Shown here piece by piece: positions 27,112-37,859 of a stretch of DNA of 64,000 bases. The position numbers and the translations under genes were made by a program. Source of the DNA: an uncultured virus (IMG/VR IMGVR_UViG_3300027708_000048) (Duplodnaviria; Heunggongvirae; Uroviricota; Caudoviricetes); the IMG/VR virus record IMGVR_UViG_3300027708_000048, one strand, 5' to 3'. How positions within the stretch are numbered: the first letter of the stretch is position 1; each line of letters begins with the position of its first letter. The notes under the pieces are model-generated. The model worked only from the letters and a program-made list of their open reading frames with translations, was not told the origin of the DNA and searched no databases.

Positions 27112-27380
27112 CGTAAGTTATATTCAATCTCTCCATGTTATTGACTAACCTTGTTTCCGTAAGTCGCTGATTGTCAACACTTGCGACGATAACATCAGAT
27201 AACCTTTGTCATATTCAGTAGAGTAAGCCGTCAAACACTAGCCAAGTCTAGTAATTATTTAACAATCCTTTTTTTCTGGGAGCGGCCCGGACGGGCACCG
27301 GGGCCACTGGTAGAAGTCTCGACGTATCCTCCACGAGAAAAGTGCTTCCCAATTTTTCCTAAAATTCCCCAAGGTTACGC

Positions 27381-27611
27381 TCACTTCTTCTTTGCCTTAA
27401 CGATCTGTTGTTTCACTGCTCTGCCATAGATCGTCAGATTCGCAAGCTCATCTGGGAGTTGTTGGACGAATATTTTGAGGTGTAGGGCGTATTCTGGTGA
27501 GAGGAGGCCAACGATGTCGGAGAACTCGGCTCCTTGCGAGGCGAGTTGGGTTGCTTCTTTGTAGAGTCGTTTTTGGTGGTTTAGGTATTTGGAGTCTGAT
27601 TGGTGTTGCAT
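27381..27611 (-). CDS. hypothetical protein
   Basis: 76 aa with basic C-terminus. Confidence 0.55.
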   Translation of the reverse strand: MQHQSDSKYLNHQKRLYKEATQLASQGAEFSDIVGLLSPEYALHLKIFVQQLPDELANLTIYGRAVKQQIVKAKKK

Positions 27612-27942
27612 TGGAAGTATTGGTTGTTTTTATCACCTAGCGGTGTGCAATTTGGATGAAGGCATAAGTCTCCCCAGAGCCTACTTTCTTATGGTAGGGT
27701 TGGGATTGTTTGTTTCCTCGGCTTATCAATGTCCTTTGTAGCCTTATCTCTGGGTGGATTGAAACAAGCAAGCGGCTGGCAAGGGACGGAACCACGAGAT
27801 ACAGCTCATCTAGTTTAATGGGGAGTCGGGTGTTGCTTCAGAACATCCCCATGATACCTTCACCAGAGGAGGAGAATTACCCTTCACGCCTATAGCGTCC
27901 GTGTGGCTACACCATCCAACAATCTTGTTGCTGGATTGGGGG

Positions 27943-27971
27943 AATCTAGGATATGCAGAATGGCGTGTCAA
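27943..27971 (-). promoter_or_regulatory. sigma70-like promoter reading into a non-coding stretch
   Basis: Minus strand TTGACA-N17-TAGATT. Confidence 0.65.
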
Positions 27972-28813
27972 GTGGTGAGATCAACTACTGGTTCGTTCCA
28001 GTTGTAGGATCGGAGGAGAAGATCGTAATTTGTGAGTGGGGTTTGACTATTTTCGTAGATGGACAGGGATTGGATTTGATTTGTGATGGCTTTTTCTTTT
28101 GGGATGGACAGGAATTTTTCTGCTAGGAGTTCCCAGATGAAGAGGCTGTAGTTTTTGGAGATGTGGTTATGGGAGCAGAAGAGGCGTGTGGATAGGAAGT
28201 TGTCGTGGAAGTGGGTGGAGATTTCTGGGAATGAGGAGAGGAGGGATGATGCCATGAATTTGGCTTTAGCCTCATCACCTTCTGTGTAGATTCTTGCTAG
28301 GCAAGCCGGGGAGAGGGATGGTTCTTCTAGTTCTTTCTTGAACCAATCGTGGCAGAGGAAGTCTTTAACGAGGATGAAGTGGTCGTTGAAATTTGGGATG
28401 GATATGTTGAGTTCTGGGGATAGGCCGAATTGGTAGATGTGCTTGTCTGAAGACAGGGAGGTGTTGAACATTCCGAATGATTGGTAGTGTTCGTGGATGA
28501 ATATTTTGATTGTTGGAAGGAGAGAGAGGATGGATTGGTTGTTTTCTTGGAGGGACAGGGATTCGTCTAGGTTGACGAGCTTTTCATTATCATCCCAATG
28601 GAAGTTAAATGGGTCTATAAAATAGACACAATATGGGTTTGATTCTAGGAGACTAAAGTAGTTTAGGTATGGGACTGCTCGGCATGAGCCTTGGATGAGA
28701 ACCGGGATGCCGTTTTGTGGGCCTATGCGATAGCCGCAGTGTTTTTGCATCTTTATGTCGTGAGTGGAGATCATTGCGTGATTGTTATCATGGATTGAGT
28801 GATTGGTAAACAC
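27968..28813 (-). CDS. WcbI-like polysaccharide-modifying protein (start uncertain)
   Basis: LIQGSCR near the N-terminus and LFCSHNH near the C-terminus resemble WcbI GNCQ and F..xNH. Confidence 0.45.
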   Translation of the reverse strand: MFTNHSIHDNNHAMISTHDIKMQKHCGYRIGPQNGIPVLIQGSCRAVPYLNYFSLLESNPYCVYFIDPFNFHWDDNEKLVNLDESLSLQENNQSILSLLPTIKIFIHEHYQSFGMFNTSLSSDKHIYQFGLSPELNISIPNFNDHFILVKDFLCHDWFKKELEEPSLSPACLARIYTEGDEAKAKFMASSLLSSFPEISTHFHDNFLSTRLFCSHNHISKNYSLFIWELLAEKFLSIPKEKAITNQIQSLSIYENSQTPLTNYDLLLRSYNWNEPVVDLTT

Positions 28814-28851
28814 TCTTTACTTCTTCTTTTTGGGTGGATATGTTCCACGCC

Positions 28852-29535
28852 ATGCAAGTCGATATATTTTACAGAAGTTATGCCAATGACTTTGAGTGGT
28901 TGAAGAATAGCTTGAAGTCTGTTGAGAAGTATTGTGAGGGATTTGGTGGAGTCCATGTGGCGATTCCTGCCACGGATATTGGAGAAATGCCTTCTGTGGG
29001 GAGTGAGACTGTGCATTTGGTGGAGCAGAAGTTGACTGGCTACATGGATCAGCAAGTGACCAAGCTCCATGCCGACGAGTTTTGCAGGGGGGATTATGTG
29101 CTTCATGTGGATAGTGATTGCATTTTTTACAAGGAGACTAGGCCAGAGGATTTCTTTTTGGATGGGAGGCCTGTTATTTTGCGTGAGGAGGGCGTGGAAA
29201 GCCCTTGGTTTGAGATTTCCGCTAGATCGTTGGGGTGGAGGTGTGATGGCGAGTATATGAGGCGTTTGCCGATTCTCTACCCTCGGTGGATTTACAAGGC
29301 TTTTAGGATTTGGATGGAGGAGAAGCATGGTTGCAAGCTGTGGGAATGGTTGGATAAACAACCAACGCATGAGTTCAGTGAGTTCAATACTTTGGGTCAG
29401 TGGGCATACAAGTTCCATAGGAAGGAGTTTGCTTGGTTGCATCCGAGTGATTTGCCTGTGTATTGCAAGCAGTATTGGAGTTGGGGAGGGATAGGGGAGC
29501 ATAGGGCAGAGATAGAGAAGATGCTTGCAAAGTAG
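28852..29535 (+). CDS. GT-A fold glycosyltransferase-like (DUF6492-like)
   Basis: L.SVEKY, GYMDQQVTKL, HVDSDCIF (DxD), FSEFNTLG. Confidence 0.65.
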   Translation: MQVDIFYRSYANDFEWLKNSLKSVEKYCEGFGGVHVAIPATDIGEMPSVGSETVHLVEQKLTGYMDQQVTKLHADEFCRGDYVLHVDSDCIFYKETRPEDFFLDGRPVILREEGVESPWFEISARSLGWRCDGEYMRRLPILYPRWIYKAFRIWMEEKHGCKLWEWLDKQPTHEFSEFNTLGQWAYKFHRKEFAWLHPSDLPVYCKQYWSWGGIGEHRAEIEKMLAK

Positions 29536-29559
29536 GGATGGTGGTTTTAATAGGATGGT

Positions 29560-29805
29560 ATGTCTGTAACTACCCACCAAGAAGACGACGAGGCTAAATT
29601 TGTGATGGGGCAGTTGAGGGCGATAGCTGGAGAGCATTTTGATCATGGCATTATCATGGTTTCTAGGGAGGTGAATGGTGGGACGGAGTATTTTCATGCG
29701 GCTATTGGCAATCAGTTTGCCATTAAAGGGATGGTTGAGGCTTATTTAGATGGTGAGTTTGAGCCAACGATTGAGATTGAATTTGAGGATGACGAGGATA
29801 ACTAA
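29560..29805 (+). CDS. hypothetical acidic-tailed protein
   Basis: TTGCAA-N17-TAATAG-N6-ATG. Confidence 0.6.
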   Translation: MSVTTHQEDDEAKFVMGQLRAIAGEHFDHGIIMVSREVNGGTEYFHAAIGNQFAIKGMVEAYLDGEFEPTIEIEFEDDEDN

Positions 29806-29849
29806 CCCCTTGACTGGTTAGTTAGGTGTGAGTAGCAATAACAACGATC

Positions 29850-30569
29850 ATGCCTTCCCTAACATTTGCACAGGCTAAAACTCTTTTAGCCCCTTATTTC
29901 ACATCGCAGGGTTCTAGTGACCCTACTGTGGCTACTGCAATAAACTTTGTGAATGAGAGGTTTATTTCTTCTGGGCAATGGAAGGGCAATCGGTTTATCA
30001 AGAGTTTCTCTGTTGGGCAGGATTCTGATGGCAATTATTACTTTGATACAGTTCCCGGTGTTGAGAGCGTATTAAAAGCGATTGCCGTTGATTACACTCA
30101 AAATCAGCCACAGGGAGAGATTGTTGAGATCATGGGGGATTGGTATCCATTTAATGATGCTGGATTGGGCTTTCTTCCACCAAACTATGCCGGGGACACA
30201 CAAATTATCCGACAGGGACAAACCCCAGCATCTGCATTACCATCTGGTTCTACCGCCGATACACAGAGGTATAGGATTATTGGAAGAGTTCCAGAGACAC
30301 GCACGATGTATTGTATTGTTAGAAGGGGGTATGTGGTTCTTTCTGGCAACAATGATCTTCTGTTGCCTTCTAATCGGAATGCTTATCGCTATGGAATCCA
30401 AGCCTATAACTACGAGAATGTGAATGAATTGGAGAGGGCACAAGTTTATTGGCAGTTGGCTTATCAGTGCTTGAATGAGGAGACTACTGCGTTTGAGGAG
30501 GGAAGTGCTGATCAAGTGGACATTCAGACCAAGGCATTCTCGCCTTCATTGATTCAAAATCTAATCTGA
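29850..30569 (+). CDS. putative head-tail adaptor protein
   Basis: 239 aa helix-beta-helix pattern at the start of the virion operon; positional inference. Confidence 0.45.
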   Translation: MPSLTFAQAKTLLAPYFTSQGSSDPTVATAINFVNERFISSGQWKGNRFIKSFSVGQDSDGNYYFDTVPGVESVLKAIAVDYTQNQPQGEIVEIMGDWYPFNDAGLGFLPPNYAGDTQIIRQGQTPASALPSGSTADTQRYRIIGRVPETRTMYCIVRRGYVVLSGNNDLLLPSNRNAYRYGIQAYNYENVNELERAQVYWQLAYQCLNEETTAFEEGSADQVDIQTKAFSPSLIQNLI

Positions 30570-30570
30570 T

Positions 30571-31371
30571 ATGTTCACATTTGACGCTCCACAGGGATTT
30601 AGATTCCAAAACACCCCAGGCTCCAATCAAAGCCCATTCATTGGTGCATATAAAAAGCCAAGGAAAAAACAAATGACTGGAATGGGGTTTGAAGGAGTTC
30701 AGCCAGCCCCATTCTTTTCTTCGGAGGAAGTTATTGGAAGACCAGATGCCCAAAACACTGCACAGAGGAGTAAGGCTAGTTCTGCTGGGTTAAAAGCCGC
30801 TTATGATGAAGTTTCATCACTTGCAAAAGGGCAGGGATTAACCATGCAACAATTTGATAAACTTACGCCAGAGCAAGGTGAAATATTAAAAGCAACTTCT
30901 GTGCTTGCTAAATCTGAAAAAATGGGGCCATTGGCAGGAACTGAAATTGCCCAAATATATGAAAGAACATTTCAAAATCCAGAGGGTGCTTCTGCTAAAG
31001 ATAAAGATTATATCAATCGTCATTTAGCTGAATATATGGCGTATCATCAGCAGTTTTCTCAAACTGCCAGAGGGCAAAAATTACTTTCAGAAAAATCAAC
31101 TGCTGATTTTATATCTGGAAAGCCAAGGGATCTTATGCCAATGGGAGAAAGCAAAACAACTGGTCAACTTGGTCAATCTTCATCGACTGCAAATGTTGCT
31201 GGGTATAATGAAGTTGATCAAAGCGGAAAACGATTTGAGCGCAGATTAAATTGGCAAGAAGAGGAGCAAAGGGCAAAATCTGGAACGCTTGCTGGACTGG
31301 GATCATCAACTTATGATGATTTGAGGTCTAGACTTGGTTTAAATATTGCAAACCCAACACGCAGATATTAA
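30571..31371 (+). CDS. putative internal virion/ejection protein
   Basis: Helical, Q/G/A-rich, operonic. Confidence 0.45.
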   Translation: MFTFDAPQGFRFQNTPGSNQSPFIGAYKKPRKKQMTGMGFEGVQPAPFFSSEEVIGRPDAQNTAQRSKASSAGLKAAYDEVSSLAKGQGLTMQQFDKLTPEQGEILKATSVLAKSEKMGPLAGTEIAQIYERTFQNPEGASAKDKDYINRHLAEYMAYHQQFSQTARGQKLLSEKSTADFISGKPRDLMPMGESKTTGQLGQSSSTANVAGYNEVDQSGKRFERRLNWQEEEQRAKSGTLAGLGSSTYDDLRSRLGLNIANPTRRY

Positions 31372-31380
31372 TTAAATTAT

Positions 31381-32679
31381 ATGCCATCACCATATCAACA
31401 ATTTTACGAAAACATTTCAACTAAACAGCAGTTGGAAGAGTCGAAGGCAAAAGCAAAAGAACAAGATAGGCTTGCAGAATACAATAAATCCTCAAGAGAA
31501 GGATTAAAAAATATTGAGAAGGGTCAATCTGAAAGGCTGAATAGATTTCAGTCAATGATTGATATGCCAGCTTTTGTTGAAGGAAGGCCTCTTGATCCAA
31601 CGACAACTGAAATATTGCAAGATGCAGTTGATTCAATTAACAAACTTGGAATTAAAGACGAGGGTGAATATAACAAGGCATTTACAAAAAAAGTTATAGA
31701 GATTGCCAATCAGCGAATGATGTCTGATAGGACTCCTTATGTATATCCAAAAATTAAAGTAAAAGATGGAGTTGGAACGCTTGAGAGATTTTCTGCAAAA
31801 TCAGCATTGCCTAAAGAAAAAATAACTGACGCATTTAGAGAGGGTCTTGTTGAAGCACAAGCACAACATCCAAATAACCCAGAAAAGCATGATGCCGTGA
31901 TGATTGATTGGGTAAATAAGAATTATCCAGAGTTTCATGGTTTTAATTCAGTTCCAGAAAGCGTTAAATATCAACTTGATATTTCAGATCCAAAAGGAAT
32001 TGCTGGAAACATAGAAGAGGGTTTGCTTTTAACAAAAGCAAAAGAAGCCGCTAGACAAGGCAAAGTTGCATCAGTTAGAGAGCTTGGAGAGATAAAAAAA
32101 ATGCAACCAGAGGTTAGTGCTATTACAAAAAGCGTTTCTGACCTTGGATCAAAAGCATTAGAGCAAAAAAAGGATGTTGCTTCAATTTCTCCAATGGTTG
32201 GATCAATTGAAAGCAGGATTGCTGATATAAAGAAATCACAAGCTGGTTACACTCCCTATGTTGCTCAACAGCCATATACTGGTGAATTTAAAAAATATTC
32301 CCAAGAACCAGAAGCACTTCATCCTTGGGAAAAAAGTGGGTTTAAGAGTTACATTGCTCCAGCACCTAAATTTGGTGGAATGACTGAACCTAGCATTAGT
32401 TCTGAAAGTGATTTAATGAAAAAAGGAAAGCGTATTCAAGACATGAATGTAGATGAGCTTTTGGCATACAATAAATATGCGAGGGAGCGTGATGCTGGTA
32501 AGGTTGGTGCTATTTCTGGTGTTCAAACACAAAATGCTCAACAGGCTATATCTGATCCAGCACAGATTGAGATTCAAAAAATGGACGCATTGAAATCAAG
32601 GCAGGACGAATACGAGCGTAGAAAAAGATTGGCTATGGGTGGGCAATATGGAACAATGAGCAATTCTTCTTACCTTTAA
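31381..32679 (+). CDS. putative internal virion/ejection protein
   Basis: 432 aa helical, no Cys. Confidence 0.5.
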   Translation: MPSPYQQFYENISTKQQLEESKAKAKEQDRLAEYNKSSREGLKNIEKGQSERLNRFQSMIDMPAFVEGRPLDPTTTEILQDAVDSINKLGIKDEGEYNKAFTKKVIEIANQRMMSDRTPYVYPKIKVKDGVGTLERFSAKSALPKEKITDAFREGLVEAQAQHPNNPEKHDAVMIDWVNKNYPEFHGFNSVPESVKYQLDISDPKGIAGNIEEGLLLTKAKEAARQGKVASVRELGEIKKMQPEVSAITKSVSDLGSKALEQKKDVASISPMVGSIESRIADIKKSQAGYTPYVAQQPYTGEFKKYSQEPEALHPWEKSGFKSYIAPAPKFGGMTEPSISSESDLMKKGKRIQDMNVDELLAYNKYARERDAGKVGAISGVQTQNAQQAISDPAQIEIQKMDALKSRQDEYERRKRLAMGGQYGTMSNSSYL

Positions 32680-32680
32680 T

Positions 32681-33610
32681 ATGGCTCAATTATCCCCATT
32701 CACATCATATTATGAGCGGAAGAAGGCCGCTCTTGCTGAATCCGGGCAACAGCCACAACAGGCTGAAGTCCCGCAAGAAAAGCCATTTGTTTATCCAGAT
32801 GTAGTGGCAGAGCAAAAGAACAGGGCATCACAAGAAAAGCTATATAATGATAGCTTTTATGAGGCAAGATCGGCTGGTCTTTCAGAGACTGAAGCTAGGA
32901 AGCAAGCTCGTCTTATGGTTGAAAACCAGAAGAATGCGGCACTTCTTGCAATGAAGAGAAAACTTGTGGACACACAAATGGCGGCTCACAAACTTGAAAC
33001 TGATCAAGACGAAGTTAATGCACAAAGTCAATTAATTGATTTCACATCTGCTCTTTCAAAGCTAGACACTCAAGACCTTCGTGGATACCAAGATGGATAC
33101 AAGGCACTAGAGGACGCAAATCACAAATTGCTTTATCATCCCAATCAGAACATTAGCGGAATTGCTCAAAAAGTGATGGAGCAAAAAAAGCTAGAGCATG
33201 AGAACTATGCAAAAGGGGCAGTTACCAGTGCAAAAAGGTATGGATACGATGCGTTCCCTGTTGAGGCATTGGATGAGAATGGAAGGCCAGATATGATTAA
33301 GTTGGCTGAAATTGGTGTTCCTCATTTCAATGCAATCCAAGAACAAAGGAGGCAACAGGCTATTGCCGATCAGCAAGCCGCCGCAAAACAACTTGGTGCA
33401 AGCATGGAGCCTTCTTCCATCACCACAACTGCTGAAGGTGAACCAATGGTTTCGTTTGAAAATACAAAGCAAAAGATTGATGCGGCTAGAAGGTCATATC
33501 AAGTTCAACAAAATGCTAGTGCAGAGGAGGCCGCAATAACATTCCCATACCCCGGCGAAGAACAAAGCAATGTAAATAAAAGGCCACCGCTTTCATCATT
33601 TAGGAAATAG
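32681..33610 (+). CDS. putative internal virion/ejection protein
   Basis: 309 aa Q/A/E-rich coiled coil. Confidence 0.5.
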   Translation: MAQLSPFTSYYERKKAALAESGQQPQQAEVPQEKPFVYPDVVAEQKNRASQEKLYNDSFYEARSAGLSETEARKQARLMVENQKNAALLAMKRKLVDTQMAAHKLETDQDEVNAQSQLIDFTSALSKLDTQDLRGYQDGYKALEDANHKLLYHPNQNISGIAQKVMEQKKLEHENYAKGAVTSAKRYGYDAFPVEALDENGRPDMIKLAEIGVPHFNAIQEQRRQQAIADQQAAAKQLGASMEPSSITTTAEGEPMVSFENTKQKIDAARRSYQVQQNASAEEAAITFPYPGEEQSNVNKRPPLSSFRK

Positions 33611-33612
33611 AT

Positions 33613-36600
33613 ATGGCTTTTGATGTAAATTCAGCAAGAAAGGCTGGATATAGTGAAGATGAAATCAAATCATATCTTTCATCTGAATATCCAAATTTTG
33701 ATTTTCAAGGAGCAGAAAAAGCCAATTATTCCTTGGATGAAATATCAGAACATTTAACAACACAAGGAGGTGAATACAATGCCAACCAAGATCAGTCACA
33801 AGCCGAATTGGACAACGATGAACAACGCAAAAGCGACGAACAAAAGCGATCTGCCGCTGAAGCAGGGCTACAGCCCGGTGAAGTGCGATTGCCAGAGCTT
33901 ACGAGGCCCAAAGAGCGTGTCGGGAACATCGACACCAGTGGGCAAGTAAAAGGAGGTGAAATAACAAGTGAAGAAGATGCCAAAACAGAAGGGCAAGGAA
34001 CCCAAGAAGGGAGCAAAGATGGGCAAGGGCTACGAGGCCAAGTCCCTCCGGGGAACCAAGAGGAAGTAACGGCTGGAGGGGTTCAACCCCCCAAAGGCTA
34101 TGTTGAGAGGCTTGTATCTGGAGTGAAGGAGAGGCCAACAGAGGCGGCTAAAGTAGCTGGATCTGCTGTTGCTGAAACTGGAGCAGGGCTTGCAGGAGGA
34201 ACTATTGCCGCCGCTTTAGCGGCCCCTGCCGCCGCCGCCCTAACTGCTGGAACTGGTGGACTTGCAGTTCCACTTGCCGCTGGACTTGAGATGGCGGCAT
34301 TTGCTGGTGGGTCGTATGTTGGAGGGAAAGCCGCAAAGCTGATTGAGAGTGCTATTGGCGTTGATAAGGATATTGAAGAAGCACAGCAAGCACAGCCAGA
34401 ACTAGCACAAACTACTGGCATTGCCACGATGTTGCCAATGGGCGTTAAGTCAGTTGCAGAACTTGCAAAACTAACAGGCAAGGAGGCACTAAAGAGAGTT
34501 GCTGGTGGTGCGGCTGGTGGTGCGGCGTTTGAGCCTATCCGCTATGGAGTTGAGAAGGGAATACAGACTGCCACTGGAAGCGAGGAGGAAGTTGCTCCCA
34601 TCACGCCAGAAAGCGTGGGAGAATCTGCTCTTATTGGGGCGGCATTGTCTGGAATGGGAGCCAGAAGGATTGCCAAGGAAGTTGGGCCAGAGACTGCCAA
34701 GGTTGCGGCTACTCAACTGACAGATAAGGCAATAGAGGAAAAGTCTGCATTAGAGACTGCTTCTAAACAAGAAGCTGAACCAATGGCTAGAATAGCCGCC
34801 GCCGCATATCTCGCTCCAGATGGCAAAACATACGAGGGTAGTAGCCATTTGGATGCCATGCAGAAGGCAAAGGATTCTGGAGCCATCACGCAAGAGGAGA
34901 TTGATGCAAAGCAAACTCCAGAGTCCCGCAACACTGAAGAGTTTGGATATGCCGTAACGCTACCAGACGGAACACGCACGACCACCACAAGGGAAGCCGG
35001 GGCAGAAATTGCCAGAGCATCTGGACAGGCACAAGAGGAGCCATTCACCTTTGGTGATAAGATGCACAGCAATGAGACGAAGAAGGATGATTTTCCAGAG
35101 ACGAAAGCTGGTGAGGTTCCTCCAACTACGGAAAAGCCATACGAGGAAGTTGTTCCTCCCCCTGCTGGATCTGGCCCAACAGTTATGCGTGGGGTGTCAG
35201 AAAGGATTGCTGGCGACAAGGAAACTTCTCCAGAGCTTAAATACCAAATTGAGGCAGACGATCTTGTTAAAAGAAAGGTATTGCCAGATGAGGATGCAGA
35301 TTCTTGGGTGGAGTCAGTTCCATCAGAGCATCTTGAAACTACATTTAACAAGGCAATGACATCCATTGGAGAGAATGAAAACCTCTCCAAACTCCGTGTT
35401 CGACTTGGATCAAGGTTCTTTAACGAGAGATTAGCGGCTGGAGATGAATCTGGTGCTGGTAGAATTATCAACCTAATTGCCAAGACAGCCAGTGATGCCG
35501 CAAGTGTGTTGAGGAGTGTTCAGTTCCTTTACAAAGCAACCCCGGCAGGATTCCAGAGACTTGTCCAGAAGATGGGTGAAAAGGCAGGGGTTGTTATTAA
35601 AGACACAACCATGCAAAAGGTGGGTGATCTTTCCAATGATTTCCTAGCTAAAAAGAAACTCCATGAGGATTTGGCAAACAAGGCCCAGAACGCAGGAACA
35701 AAGATAGAGTATAGGCAGACACTCAAGGAGATGAAGAAAGCTGGTGGCGAGGCACTGAAGGCCCAAAACAAGCTGTTTGGCTATGTGGACAGCATCATGC
35801 CGAAGTCTTTAACGCAGGATGTTTACCCAACCCTCATTAAAGGAAATCTCCTCACTCCTATTTCGATTGCCACAAACATACAGGCAAACGCCTTGAGGAC
35901 AGTTCTTGATGTGCCTTCCATGCTCACTGCTTCTGGAATGGATGCGGCCAGGGCACTCCTTACCGGGAAGAGGCGTGAGTTTGTTTATGGGCCAAAAGAG
36001 ATTGCAGAATACTTCAAAACTCTTGCGGCACACGCACCAAAGATGGTTGCCGATATTGGAAAGTCGATTGTTCGTGCCCCTCTTGACATTGGGGAAACAG
36101 CAAACAAGGCAGAGATCAAGCAGAAGTTAAGCCCATTATCTGCATTAAAGCGGTTGGCTCAAAGCAAGGATGACAGGCTTTATGAGGGATCATACTCCCT
36201 AAAGCAGAGGGCGGCTGACTTGGCAGAAGGAATGTTTGGGCTTCCTGCCAACATCATGTTTGACCTTCTAGCCGCTGGTGATGCTCCGTTTAGGACTGCC
36301 GCAAAGAGAATGACTGCTTCTAGCATTGCTAGGCAGATCGGGCTTAAAGGACTTGAATACGAGAAGTTCCTTGATTTGCCAGAGAAGGGAATCCGTGAAT
36401 ATGCAAAGAAAGTTGGAAAAGATACATCTGATGTGGCAAGCATACAAAGAAAACTGCTTTCTTCATACAGATCGGATGTGAAGAAATCTGTGTTTGAGCA
36501 GGATAATGTGGTTGCTGAAAAGATTAGCAACACACTCAACTCTTTGGACAAGGTTCCTGTAGTGAATCTTTTGACAAGGGCAACCATTCCTTATGTCAAA

Positions 36601-37836
36601 ACTCCTCTGAATGTTATCAGTGAGCTTATGGAATACACCATTTGGCCCTATGCACTTGGTCGTGGATTGCATTCAATTAAAAATGGCAAAGTTAAGGAGG
36701 GCCAACAGCTTTTAGCGAAATCTGCAATTGGTGCGGCTACTTCATTGGGTGCGGCATATTTGGTAAAGAATGGAGTTCTAACTCCTCCAGCAGATCCAAG
36801 GAGCAAGGAAAAGGAGCTTGGTTACGCAACCATGCCAGAATCTTCAATTAACCTTACTGGCATTGAACGACTTCTCCGTGGAGAAAGCGGGTCGCCACAA
36901 GAGGGGGACAAGATTGTTAGGGCTGATAAGCTGGGTCTTCTTGGTGGTATATTGGTAACATCTGCACTTCGCCAAAAGATGAAAGAGCAAACAACCCTCA
37001 TGGAAGGAAAGCAATCACTTGATTCAAAATTGTTTAATGAAGCTACTGCCGTTCTTCCAAAAACATTGGCATTTGCTCTAAACCAGACATTTCTCAAAGG
37101 AACAAACGATCTTTTAACTTCCCTTACTAGAGGCGAGGGAGATCAGTGGATGAAGGGAGTTTTCTCTTCTGCAAGCTCCGCAGTATTGCCGGGAACACTA
37201 TCGGCAATCAGTAGGGCAACTCGTGAATATATGCCAGATGCCAAGGACGATAGCCTTTACAAATCACTAGAAAACACAATCCGTGATAGATTTGGTTTTG
37301 CTGGTGCAATGAAAGATGTTCCGTTGAAGCTGGATTTCTGGGGAAGGCCAATCAAACAAACGCCAGAGGGGGCTAATCCCATCTTCTATAACTTCCTAGA
37401 TATGTCCAAGTCTAGGTCTATTCCAAATGATCCTGTGTCTTTGGAAATGCTTCATCTGTTCCACACCACAGGAAACAAGGAAATCATCCCTCCAGTTCCT
37501 CAAAAGAAGTTCACGCTCAAAAATACCACATACGGACTCACTCCAGATGAATATACCTCCTATGCACAGAAGGTGGGGCAGGAACGCAGAAGGCTCATGG
37601 AGCGTCTTGTATCCTCTCCTTCATATCTGCGTATGTCCGACGAGCGTAAAGCAGAGGCATTTCAACGCAATATCATACTTGGCAAGAAGATTGGCACTAA
37701 CAAGTTTTTGAGAGAGGTGAGGGAAGCTGGTGGTCTTAAAGGGCAAGTTATGAAGCTCTCACCAAAAGAACTTGCTCAACGGATGCAAGAGCAAAGGTCT
37801 GAAGCAAAGGTAGAAGAAGAGTTGACTAGCGAGTAG
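33613..37836 (+). CDS. large internal virion (DNA ejection) protein
   Basis: 1407 aa; ARKAGYSEDEI N-terminal repeat, Gly/Ala TM-like stretch, long helical C-terminus. Confidence 0.6.
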   Translation: MAFDVNSARKAGYSEDEIKSYLSSEYPNFDFQGAEKANYSLDEISEHLTTQGGEYNANQDQSQAELDNDEQRKSDEQKRSAAEAGLQPGEVRLPELTRPKERVGNIDTSGQVKGGEITSEEDAKTEGQGTQEGSKDGQGLRGQVPPGNQEEVTAGGVQPPKGYVERLVSGVKERPTEAAKVAGSAVAETGAGLAGGTIAAALAAPAAAALTAGTGGLAVPLAAGLEMAAFAGGSYVGGKAAKLIESAIGVDKDIEEAQQAQPELAQTTGIATMLPMGVKSVAELAKLTGKEALKRVAGGAAGGAAFEPIRYGVEKGIQTATGSEEEVAPITPESVGESALIGAALSGMGARRIAKEVGPETAKVAATQLTDKAIEEKSALETASKQEAEPMARIAAAAYLAPDGKTYEGSSHLDAMQKAKDSGAITQEEIDAKQTPESRNTEEFGYAVTLPDGTRTTTTREAGAEIARASGQAQEEPFTFGDKMHSNETKKDDFPETKAGEVPPTTEKPYEEVVPPPAGSGPTVMRGVSERIAGDKETSPELKYQIEADDLVKRKVLPDEDADSWVESVPSEHLETTFNKAMTSIGENENLSKLRVRLGSRFFNERLAAGDESGAGRIINLIAKTASDAASVLRSVQFLYKATPAGFQRLVQKMGEKAGVVIKDTTMQKVGDLSNDFLAKKKLHEDLANKAQNAGTKIEYRQTLKEMKKAGGEALKAQNKLFGYVDSIMPKSLTQDVYPTLIKGNLLTPISIATNIQANALRTVLDVPSMLTASGMDAARALLTGKRREFVYGPKEIAEYFKTLAAHAPKMVADIGKSIVRAPLDIGETANKAEIKQKLSPLSALKRLAQSKDDRLYEGSYSLKQRAADLAEGMFGLPANIMFDLLAAGDAPFRTAAKRMTASSIARQIGLKGLEYEKFLDLPEKGIREYAKKVGKDTSDVASIQRKLLSSYRSDVKKSVFEQDNVVAEKISNTLNSLDKVPVVNLLTRATIPYVKTPLNVISELMEYTIWPYALGRGLHSIKNGKVKEGQQLLAKSAIGAATSLGAAYLVKNGVLTPPADPRSKEKELGYATMPESSINLTGIERLLRGESGSPQEGDKIVRADKLGLLGGILVTSALRQKMKEQTTLMEGKQSLDSKLFNEATAVLPKTLAFALNQTFLKGTNDLLTSLTRGEGDQWMKGVFSSASSAVLPGTLSAISRATREYMPDAKDDSLYKSLENTIRDRFGFAGAMKDVPLKLDFWGRPIKQTPEGANPIFYNFLDMSKSRSIPNDPVSLEMLHLFHTTGNKEIIPPVPQKKFTLKNTTYGLTPDEYTSYAQKVGQERRRLMERLVSSPSYLRMSDERKAEAFQRNIILGKKIGTNKFLREVREAGGLKGQVMKLSPKELAQRMQEQRSEAKVEEELTSE

Positions 37837-37859
37837 TGGATATTTAATACTGACGCTTT

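Noticed and set aside
28771..29697. 308-aa minus-strand ORF
   Set aside because: Antisense to two motif-bearing genes; Pro/Leu/His-rich composition follows the G/T strand skew
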